DNA of 63,672 bases, counting the filler, from Octopus bimaculoides (taxonomy: Eukaryota), in assembly GCF_001194135.2 (NCBI RefSeq). It is 5 parts of 5 records of this genome, joined end to end, with 100 filler letters (N's around TTAATTAATTAA, not from the genome) between each part and the next. Parts side by side here need not be neighbours in the genome. Positions count along the whole stretch, not along the records: positions 32,019 to 57,321 come from NC_068993.1; positions 57,422 to 61,364 come from NC_068991.1; positions 61,465 to 62,539 come from NW_026336660.1; positions 62,640 to 63,672 come from NC_069003.1; 1 more part is not named here. One strand, given 5' to 3'. The notes beneath the pieces are model-generated. The model did no database searches and was not told the DNA's origin. It worked only from the letters and a program-made list of their open reading frames with translations. Below are positions 53,912 to 63,672 of the stretch, in pieces; the first letter of the stretch is position 1, and each line of letters begins with the position of its first letter. Position numbers and translations under genes: made by a program.

Positions 53912-54860
53912 CTCGATACAAGGGCAAACAATTCAATTTTTGACAGTGCAGAAACCGGTCAACATGAGTCCAAATACTTAAATGTACGTTAGATTTTATT
54001 AACCTAATCTGCTTTCGGTTGATTTCGGTAGTTATCATCAGTGTATTTTGGAATATTTAAATAAGAGTTTTGACTGTTATTTCCAGCAGGTAGACATACT
54101 TATTATGTCATTTGAACAATTTTAATCCTTCAGCTATTTAATGTTTTTCTTGGGCCTGCAATCGCCTATATTATTGATTCTGTTATTATTATTATTATTT
54201 CAATAGTCATACCAGATAATAACAAAATTAATTGTTCGGGAAATATTTTTCCTCGTGAATTGTTCGCCCTTGTATCGATAGTATTTCCTCAATGGTGCCT
54301 GTAATTGATTTCGGCGCAAGACGAATCTGTTGCAGCGCATACCTCAATACGATAGATTGGGGGTCTCTATCATGGTATCATACTGAAGAAGCTAAGGCGA
54401 TTTTTTTGCCAGTGCAGAAACCAGCCAACGTGAAACCAAATACTTAAATGTTCGTTAGGAGAGTTTTCTGTATTTATCATCTGTGTATTTTTATCGATTT
54501 AAATAAGAGCTTTGACTGTTATCTCCAGCAAGTAGACATGTTTACTATGTCTTTGATTAATTTTAATTTTATATATATATATATATATGTATATATATTA
54601 AGTTTTAACTATTTTTCTAACGCGACTCTCTCTATCTCTATATCTACCTCCCCCTCTCATTCTTTCCTCTACTGTTCTTCGCCTCTCCCTGTCACTATTA
54701 TCTCTCTCTTTCTATCTCTCGCTGCTCGTCCTTCGCCTCTCACTGTTACTGCTACCATCTNNNNNNNNNNNNNNNNNNNNNNNNNNNNNNNNNNNNNNNN
54801 NNNNNNNNNNNNNNNNNNNNNNNNNNNNNNNNNNNNNNNNNNNNNNNNNNNNNNNNNNNN

Positions 54861-56220
54861 AAAAGCCAACAATACCAAATTCGAAAAGAAAATTAAACTC
54901 GAGAACTTGAATTGAAACTGAAATTGAATCATTGCGAAGGGAGATATGAATATTAACTGAGCTAATCTCTGGAAATGGTGTAAGATCAAGAAAAGGCAGG
55001 AAGATGGTGAGAAAATATGAACTCTCAACAAGAGAAGAACTAATGTCAGCGAATGAAACACTTAAACAAAAAGTTCAAGCAAAAGCTCAGAGAATACGCA
55101 GACTTGAGGAAAAAATCAAATTCTACAAGCAAAATAACATGTTCAAAACCAATGCCAAATCATTTTACAGGGAAATAGGGAAAGAAAAACTAACCATTGA
55201 AAATCCACCCTTAATGGAAGAAGTTGAAAACTTTTGGAAAGGGATCTGCAGTGATGTGAAACCATACAATGAAAATTCAGACTGGATCAAACGCACCCAA
55301 GATGCCTACAAAAATCTACAAGGACAAGTATTGGAAGACATCTCAATCATAACGAAGACTCATAAGTGGAAATCCCCTGGTATTGACAAAGTACCAAATT
55401 TGTGGCTCTCGTCGCTCTCGTCCGCACACAAAATGTTAGTAATACTATTTAATAGTATTATGAAAGACCCAGAAAAAACTCCCCATTGGATGGCAAATGG
55501 TATTACTTACTTCCTACCCAAAAATAACGAAACCAAAGACCCAAAAAACTACCTATACGATTTTGACATCTACTACCTATACGATTTTGACATCTATTCT
55601 AGTGGAGAAAACATATACGTTTATGGAAGAGAATAACCTCTTTCCCACTGAACAAAAAGGATGTAGACGAAGCTTATACGGATACAAAGATCAGCTCCTA
55701 ATTAATCGCATGATCCTTGAGAACAACGATAACAAGCACAGAAATCTCAGCTCTTCATGGATTGATTATAAAAAAGCCTTTGATAGCATACCACATTCGT
55801 GGATTCTGAAATCCCTGGACATTTTCAAAATTTCTCCTGTGATTTCATATTTTTTAAATTATAATATGTCACTATGGAACACGAAGCTCCAATTATATCA
55901 TTCTAATGGAGTATTGCGTTCATACAATATTAGCGTAAGCTGTGGTATTTTCCAAGGTGACTGAGTTTCACCACTAATTTTTTGCATAGCACAAATACCA
56001 CTCTCAAGTGAACTGAATAGAATAGGGAATGTCTATAAAATTGACAACAGGAAAATAACGCATCTATTTTATATGGATGATTTAAAACTATATGGCAAAG
56101 ATGATGAAGAGCTTGAAGGACTACTACATACTGTGAAAGGTTTCAGTGATGATATCGGGATGGAGTTTGGCCTTGAAAAGTGTGCCAAAGCCACTTTTAA
56201 GAAAGGGAAACTGGTAAAGT
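54861..56220 (+). pseudogene. R4/Dong-clade non-LTR retrotransposon, N-terminal and reverse-transcriptase region
   Basis: HKWKSPGIDKVPNLW, EQKGCRR, WIDYKKAFDSIPHSW, GIFQGD*VSP, HLFYMDDLKLY and MEFGLEKCA. These RT motifs are in the form typical of R4-clade elements; frameshifted and containing a stop. Confidence 0.9.
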
Positions 56221-56315
56221 CATGTTTCACCTGCTCCTCGTGCTGTTGATGTCTTTGTTTGCATCTTGCTGATGTTAGTTTCGTTGTTGGTGCTGGTCCT
56301 AATTTTTTTCTATTT

Positions 56316-56351
<36 letters not shown>

Positions 56352-57321
56352 GCATGGAGCAGAAAACAATCAAATGGGTTGTTTCGCTACAAATGTGGCA
56401 TCTTCACATTCTACACTCTACTGCTACAAATAACTGCGCTTAGGTAGTTTGATCAGGTCAGGGTTAGCTTCCATATTGTTTAGATCAGCGCGTAACCGCA
56501 TTTCCATGCCTGTGACTGACAAATTTTCCTCTCCAATTGACTTGTAGCATTTATATCTTGTCTTCAATTTTGCATAATTATGCAGTGGAAACTTCTGCGA
56601 TCTTTGCCGTATTTCATCTCAAATGGAAATTTATATACTCTGTTTACGTGATATTGATGATATCTTAATACACAACTACCAGCGCTTTTACATAAACCTG
56701 AATGATTTTTTCTTTAGATGTGACCTTACTTCCTCTCTACCGAAATTAGTGTTCTGATGCATTACTCTTGATATTTTACTAATATATATGATATTAATAT
56801 ATCGACATATACGCACACCTGCACACACACTCACACGCACGCACAAACATACACACATATTTATATGTATATATAGCATATAATAAGTCCATATATCTAT
56901 ATAAACATGTACACACGCACATATACATATGAATGTATGTATATATACAATATACTAGGGCCGATTTGACCATTACCCCCAATCGGGCCTGCGCTTAAGA
57001 GACCACACTCTATACTGGGACATTTCATAAAGATGGTCTCCCTGAAGTATTTTGATATAATCAACATGGTCTTTCAAAAAACAAAAAAGAATGGAACAAC
57101 ATACCTTCTACACTTTCTACACAAGATATCGATATATAAACCCATTCATCCAAAACTGCTTCGGTCAGTCGCTGAATTTCAAGAAATTTATTGTAGTTTT
57201 CGTGTAAGGGTCATGTTTGTCTGTATGTGAATGTTCGGGAATGTTTATGGGTATGCTTGGGTAAAATATTTTTGTGTCTGTGAGAGTATTACGCGGGCGA
57301 ATTGTATATATATATATATAT

Positions 57322-57421
57322 NNNNNNNNNNNNNNNNNNNNNNNNNNNNNNNNNNNNNNNNNNNNTTAATTAATTAANNNNNNNNNNNNNNNNNNNNNNN
57401 NNNNNNNNNNNNNNNNNNNNN
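57322..57421. other. Artificial scaffold-join linker
   Basis: 44 N + TTAATTAATTAA (57366-57377) + 44 N. Confidence 0.95.
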
Positions 57422-58545
57422 TCAGATTTTGTGTTTGGAGAAGTTTATGGATGAATGATTCAACAAGTAGAAACATCTAAGGGGAGATAATTAGTGATCG
57501 TTATCATTGGGGACTGAGGAGGTAATTGTTCATCTTTCGGAAAGGGGATGAATATACACAAAAGCTCAAAAGATAAAGTAAAAAGAAGAAATATGCACAG
57601 TGTTGGGTATAGGATCATGAATTAAAATATATTCTAAGATCAAAGTTGATTCGGCGTTCATATTTAAGCGTGTTCTGTATTTTTTGATGAACAAATTTTC
57701 CTTATTTAAATGTTGTTGTATAGAAATTGTTTCTTTGCACTGGTAGATGGGGAAAACTGTGAAGTTTGATTGGATATTACCTGCATATCTTTCTATCTGT
57801 CCATTCAAAGAAATCTGTCTGTATTGCGGGAACCGGATCTGTCCCTTATATAGTGTGGTTCTCTGTCTCACTGTCATACTTGACTGTCCTATATAGTGAT
57901 GTCCACAACTGTGTAAGTTATAACATAAATTAGATTCTTGGAAGCACAGGTTGGTTTTAATGGAGCACCCCTCTCCTTGTTTGAATAGGAATTCTGAGCG
58001 TTCCAGTAGGTTGGGGCATGTTCCACAGTTTAGATGTCCACATTTTTTAACCATTGGTTTGCTGGTTGTTGTGTAAAACTTCGCATTTGTAAGAAGTCTC
58101 CTTAGGGATTTATGTTGCTTTTTGCATTTCACGAATTTATGTACTTTCAGGATGTTGTTCATTTTGGAGTCACTAGTTAGTAAAGGAAGATCTTGCATAA
58201 TAGTGTTGTATGCCTCATTGTTTCTAGCGTTGTGAATTGATATATGCTGTAATGTTTTGAGATGAGGTATTGTGTTATGCTTTGTTGTCCTTAGTGTCTT
58301 TACGCATAATTTTTTGGCATGCTTAATTCCATTGTCTATAAGTGAGGGTGGACATTGTCTTTCAGTTAGTGTTGTCCTGGGGTGTTGAAGACGAAGGGCC
58401 CGACTATTTCTATCAGACACTATTGTGCAAATCCTTTTTGCTAAATTAATGGGGATGTTTCCTTTGATGTGCATTAGGAGAAAGAGCTAAACAGGAGATA
58501 TTGTTTCGAGTCCGTTGGTTTATGATAGATGTCAGTTATTCTTTG
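57422..58545 (-). mobile_element. Penelope-like retroelement, C-terminal part (post-RT linker and GIY-YIG endonuclease)
   Basis: TDIYHKPTDSKQYLLF (58540-58490, frameshifted), then ORF 58474-57566 with NIPINLAKRICTIVSD, KCGHLNCGTC, SCGHHYIGQS and ENLFIKKY. Confidence 0.85.
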
Positions 58546-59719
58546 TAGTTTGAATACATGTAACAAAAGCAAAGTTAGATGTATTAATGAACAAATGTAA
58601 CAAAAAGAAATATTAAACATTTTTCCTACTTATTGGGGGTAAGCAACTTGGAAATAGCAGTTGCTAACCAAAGAAGAAAATCGTGTTATACACAGTAATG
58701 AAATAAATCTATGATATTTATTTGTTCATGTACTGATTCTGTTTATTTTAAGGATATTTTTGTATTTCACACTATTTAAGTTGTAGTATTAGTATTTAAT
58801 GTGCCCATAAAAAGGGCCTTTTAAAAACGATTCACTTCATTTATAAATCAAGCTAGACGTTTGGTTTTGATAGCTTTATGTGGTATAGGATAAATACCTG
58901 TAGTAAATATCTGCAATAAAGAATACATTATTTTACTGTAGTTGTCTCAGTTTGTAAATAATTGAAATGGAAATTGCAAACATATAACGCTGTTATTTAT
59001 TTTTCTACGACGAGAAAAAGAATGAATAACCTGAATTATGTTCCAATTCTAACTGGAAATCATTCTGAGAGACCCTGTATATCTATATCTAATCGTATAA
59101 AATTGCGTACCAAATGGTTTTATAAGCCCACCATGTGACAATATAAAGGGTGTATTTCTACTAAAAGACGCAACCATATGAAAAGCAATTAGCATTAAAA
59201 ACTAATTAGAAATATTTTGAAGAAAAAACAATATCAGCTAATGATTAGTAGCGTTTTCAGTATTGTAGCAAAATACAGAGTAGAATATTTCATACTCACT
59301 AGAATTCTTCCATCAATGATATCCGTTATTATATAGAAGTAATCATTGAAGAATTGCTATATATTGGTTGGATTAGCAGATGAAAAAAGCATAGGACCAT
59401 CTACGATCAGATATTTCTGATACACTTTATCTAATGCTCTCTTATCTAATGCAATTTATTCTTAAAATATGTTTTCACACCTACGTGTCTTTAATATTGA
59501 ACATCGACGTTTCTCCTAATTACTTCGGCTATATGTGTATAACCTGTTTTACGAGGAAGGCAAATATGACCGAAATGATTAAAAAGTTGTGTCCCTTACA
59601 GTAATCATAATAAAATATGTTCAAGAAATCTGCTTTGCAAAACTTGTTTTGAGTTGATTGCCAGTGCGAGGCTTATCGAGTAATAATTTTCTCTTAAATC
59701 ACTGAACCGAGCAAATTCT

Positions 59720-60415
59720 CTGCTGATGATAAACTCTTACACCCAGAGATTACGTAGTCCACTTTTTCACTGTTTCAATCTCATTATTGCAGTATTGGTA
59801 CTTTGGTTCAACTCCATTTTTTATCACATTGGCTTGGTAGTTCCTAGTAAATAAGCTTTGATCTTGAGCAGCTAAGATAAAGCATTTGCTCTCTGCTTTA
59901 AGCCTGAGCTCTGTACCACTGATGAGTGTGATTATGTTCTACATCAGCTTGTTTGCTACGGGCTACATATTTTCCATGCAGAGGGTTTTGTTCCCACCTA
60001 TCAACAAATTGTTCAAACGCTTTATGCTTTGACATTGATTTCATCTTCTTTAATACAATAAGTCCCGCACTTCCACCATGCTGTTCAAACTTGTAATTGT
60101 TTTGCTCTCCTTCATAACAGAATGAAGCTTCTTATGTCTCATGCTTTTCAACGCGTTTTAGCATCGAGTCGTGAGATATTTCACGATATTTTGCCAATTG
60201 TGGTGGCTTTTAAGAGATTTCAAATTGGATCCAACCTCAATCTCCTTGAGCTCTGGGAAGGTAAAAATGATCTGTATTTACCTTTGGGTGATGCATCTTA
60301 TTGCAAGTCAGCAGCTTATCGATTTTCCTGTGAATCTTCCATGTTTCACTCATATTCCAATTCAACACACTGAAACAGTAAATAACAACCGGAAATGCTA
60401 CGGCAAAACAATCAG
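59720..60415 (-). mobile_element. R4/Dong-like fragment B (thumb to zinc-knuckle region); largely missed by the ORF track
   Basis: Minus frames read AVAFPVVIYCFSVLNW...KMHHPKVNTDHFYLPRAQG...WEQNPLHGKY...FILAAQDQSLFTRNYQANVIKNGVEPK...YVISGCKSL. Confidence 0.75.
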
Positions 60416-60419
60416 CAAA

Positions 60420-61222
60420 TAACACCTTCCTGCATAAATTCACTTGGTACATACTCATACCAGTTCTCTGTTACTTCATATTGGTATCTACGACATAAGA
60501 GCCAATGAAGATACATACACATTTTATTGTGCCGCCGCTTGTATTCTTTTTGTGCAAGTCTCTCAAATGCATTTACCGAGTGGGTCACATTTTCTACACT
60601 CTTTCCACAGACTCTGCATTTCTGGGTGTCAGATGTTTTATAGATATTATACTTCACTGAATTGGTAGCGAGAGTCTGGTCTTGTGCAGCAATGATCAGG
60701 CTTTCGGTGGTACGCTTCAAATCACTTTGCTTAAGCCGTGCCCACGATGCTGTATTATCCTTCACGTTTTTTGTATTCCTTTCAAATTGTCCGTGCATTC
60801 TTATTTCAAGCAGGTCTTCTTTTCTCTTCTCCTCAGCTCTTTGGTTAAACTCTTCCTTGCCCATCATTTCATCTGCATTTACACCCATATCTTTCGCGAC
60901 ATATTGTAGCAGGTCTTCGTCCCTATCTATCAAATACTCGGCTAGTGTTCTCCTTTCATTCCTTAAGCAATTATCTATACTAATTAGTCCACTGCTACCA
61001 TTCATTCTTTTCATATACAAAATGTTTAAGTCTGCTTTAGGGTGTAGCGTAGCGCCCCATGCAGGGTCGTCATCTTTCTTGTACTTCTACCCATGGTTGA
61101 TATCTCTTTCTAAGTCCATGTGAGAATGGACGCACTTTATCTGACCACCGCAACTGCCCAGATATTCATTGCGGCAATCAAATTTTTAGCATTCAAGCTG
61201 GATTTAAACATCTTCACCCTTA
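60420..61222 (-). mobile_element. R4/Dong-like fragment A (thumb, CCHC knuckle and RHN motif), 5'-truncated
   Basis: KMFKSSLNAKNLIAAMNIWAVAVVR, then ORF 61020-60412 with MHGQF, LIIAAQDQTL, CRVCGKSVENVTH, KEYKRRHN and WYEYVP. Confidence 0.85.
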
Positions 61223-61364
<142 letters not shown>

Positions 61365-61464
61365 NNNNNNNNNNNNNNNNNNNNNNNNNNNNNNNNNNNN
61401 NNNNNNNNTTAATTAATTAANNNNNNNNNNNNNNNNNNNNNNNNNNNNNNNNNNNNNNNNNNNN
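61365..61464. other. Artificial scaffold-join linker
   Basis: 44 N + TTAATTAATTAA (61409-61420) + 44 N. Confidence 0.95.
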
Positions 61465-62539
61465 AAACACTTTTCATTTCGACGCCTAGTGGGTTAATAT
61501 AGACTACAAAAAACACTTTTGATTTTGAAGTCTATTGGGTTAATATAGTCTAGAAAAAGCACTTTTCCTTTTGAAGTCTAGTGGGTTAATATAGGCTAGA
61601 AAAAAGCACTTTTCGTTTTGAAGTCTAGTGGGTTTAATATAGACTAGATAAAAACCACTTTTCATTTCGAAGCCTAGTGGGATAATATAGGCTAGAAAAA
61701 AGCACTTTTCATTTTGAAGTCTAGTGGGTTAATATAGGCTAGAGAAATGCACTTTTCGTTTTGAAGTCTAGTTGGTTAATATAGGCTAGAAAAAACCACT
61801 TTTCATTTCAACGTCTAATGGGTTAATATAGTCAACAAAAAAGCACTTTTCATTTTGAAGTCTAGTGGGTTAATATAGGCTAGAAAAAGTCACTTTTCAT
61901 TTTGAAGTCTAGTGGGTCAATATAGTCTAGAAAAAAGGACTTTTGGTTTTGAAATCTAGTGGGTTCATATAGACTAGAAAAAAAGCACTGTTCATTTTGA
62001 AGTCTAGTGGGTTAATATAGGCTAGAAAAAAGCACCGTTCATTTTGAAGTCTAGTTGGTTAATATAGGCTAAAAAAAAGCATAGTTCATTTTGAAGNNNN
62101 NNNNNNTTGAAGTCTAGTGGGTTAATATAGGCTAGAAAAAAGCACCGTTCATTTTGAAGTCTAGTTGGTTAATATAGGCTAAAAAAAAGCATAGTTCATT
62201 TTGAAGTCTAGTGGGTTAATATAGGCTACAAAAAAATCACTTTTCATTTCGAATCCTAGTGGGTTAATATAGGCTAGAAAAATGCACTTTTCGTTTTGAA
62301 GTCTAGTTGAAAAAAACACTTTTCATTTCGACGCCTAGTGGGTTAATATAGACTACAAAAAAGCACTTTTGATTTTGAAGTCTATTGGGTTAATATAGGC
62401 TAGAAAAAATCACTTTTCATTTTGAAGTATAGTGGGTTAATATAGGCTAGAAACAAGTACTGTTAATTTTGAAGTCTAGTGGGTTAATATAGACTAGATA
62501 AAAAACACTTTTCATGTTGAAGTCTAGTGGGTTAATATA
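61465..62539. repeat. Satellite DNA with a ~46-48-bp monomer (AAAAAAGCACTTTTCATTTTGAAGTCTAGTGGGTTAATATAGGCTAG), filling the whole block
   Basis: The CTAGTGGGTTAATATAG core recurs every 46-49 bp for roughly 20 or more units, with no unique spacers. Confidence 0.95.
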
Positions 62540-62639
62540 NNNNNNNNNNNNNNNNNNNNNNNNNNNNNNNNNNNNNNNNNNNNTTAATTAATTAANNNNN
62601 NNNNNNNNNNNNNNNNNNNNNNNNNNNNNNNNNNNNNNN
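62540..62639. other. Artificial scaffold-join linker
   Basis: 44 N + TTAATTAATTAA (62584-62595) + 44 N. Confidence 0.95.
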
Positions 62640-62689
62640 TATTATTATTATTATTATTATTGTTATTGTTATTATTGTTGTTGTTGTTG

Positions 62690-63672
62690 CCTTTGCACAG
62701 CTTCTAACGCTGGAGATGTACTACAGTGTCAGCTGTTCACTACCAGTGAACTAAGTTAACACTTCTTATTTTTCGGAGTATTCGAGCGGTTCCAAGCAGT
62801 GCTATTTTCTGCAAGTGCTCCACCCTTATTGCAGCCCCTGTTTGTTCCACGTACTTCTCGAGATTTTTGCTCACTCTTCCCAGGGCTCCGAAAATTATTG
62901 GTACTACTGCTACCTTTTTCATCGACCACAACTGCTTAACTTCCCAAGCTAACCTGTCATAACTCCCAACTTTTCTTTCCTCCTTATAGTATACCTTGTT
63001 GTCAGCTGGGAATGCTATATCTATAGTTTGTTTTCTTTCTCAATTAACGCTATGTCCGGCTTCCTATTCTCTATCTCATGGTCGCACTGAATCATAAAAT
63101 CCCATAGGATCTTTGCATTTCTATTTTCCACGATGCCTTCAGGTTTGTGGTAGTACCAATATTTTGCTCTGTCAAGTCCATACTTGTTGCAAAGTGTCCA
63201 ATGGACAAGCGTGGCTATATTGTCGTGGCGTCGCTTATATTCCTTCTGGGCTACTGGCGTACATTGGCTGGTAATATGCCATACGCTTCCACCGTTTTGT
63301 CCACAGGTTCTGCACTTATCACTTTCTGATGTGTTGTCTACTCTGTATTTGATGTGATTTGTCCTTGGTACTTGCTCTTGGGCAGCACAGATTAGAGTCT
63401 CCGTTTCCGGTTTTAAATCACTTTTAGTCATCTACAACCATCTTTTTTCTCTGTCTGCCTTATATTCAACATCCCTATGAAATTGACCATGCATTCTTTT
63501 CTTTACCCACATATTTTCAGTTTCATTCTTTTTCTATTTTTTGTATAGTGCTTTATCTTTGCAATCTTTCATCCTACACAAGCCTGACCTTCTTACTTCT
63601 AATAATAGCGGTTCTGTGGCATTTTTTACTGGTGCACATTATATCCATCCCGGACTGATGAACACGGAACAT
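62690..63672 (-). mobile_element. R4/Dong-like retrotransposon 3' end (zinc knuckle, restriction-like endonuclease and 3' UTR), decayed
   Basis: MHGQF, LICAAQEQ, CRTCGQNGGSVWHITSQC, KEYKRRHD, KILWDFMIQCDHEIENRKPDI (PD of PD-(D/E)xK), VPIIFGALG and LQKIALLGTARILRK. Followed by (AAC/AAT)n on the element strand. Confidence 0.9.

Noticed and set aside
61997-62206. Identical 100-bp blocks at 61997-62096 and 62107-62206
   Set aside because: They directly flank a 10-N gap and are most likely an unmerged contig overlap.
61465-62539. CRISPR-like regular array
   Set aside because: Contiguous ~47-bp monomers with no unique spacers, a eukaryotic context and no cas genes; this is satellite DNA.

Overview
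This is AT-rich, microsatellite-dense eukaryotic draft-assembly DNA. Its SINE, RTE, mariner, Penelope and R4 repertoire matches what I recognise from octopus (inference; species not checked by search). The window is five separate blocks (1-31918, 32019-57321, 57422-61364, 61465-62539, 62640-63672) joined by artificial 100-bp linkers (44 N + TTAATTAATTAA + 44 N), so adjacency across those joins is unproven. Almost all interpretable sequence is transposon debris: at least three tRNA-derived SINE families, RTE-like LINE 3' ends, five mariner pieces, two Penelope-like (GIY-YIG) fragments, four R4/Dong-like non-LTR fragments, a probable non-autonomous Helitron, hAT-like MITEs and a ~47-bp satellite. 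No intact host gene could be identified; a few splice-site-bounded open frames in block 1 are offered only as low-confidence exon candidates. Most long ORFs in the supplied track are artefacts of N-gaps or microsatellites. I cannot support a novel multi-gene system. The best leads are an 80-bp near-perfect hairpin created inside a mariner, an inverted pair of hammerhead-core-like motifs, a clear CpG-decay contrast between blocks 1 and 2, a phase-consistent exon chain containing one in-frame amber codon, and higher-order structure in the satellite.
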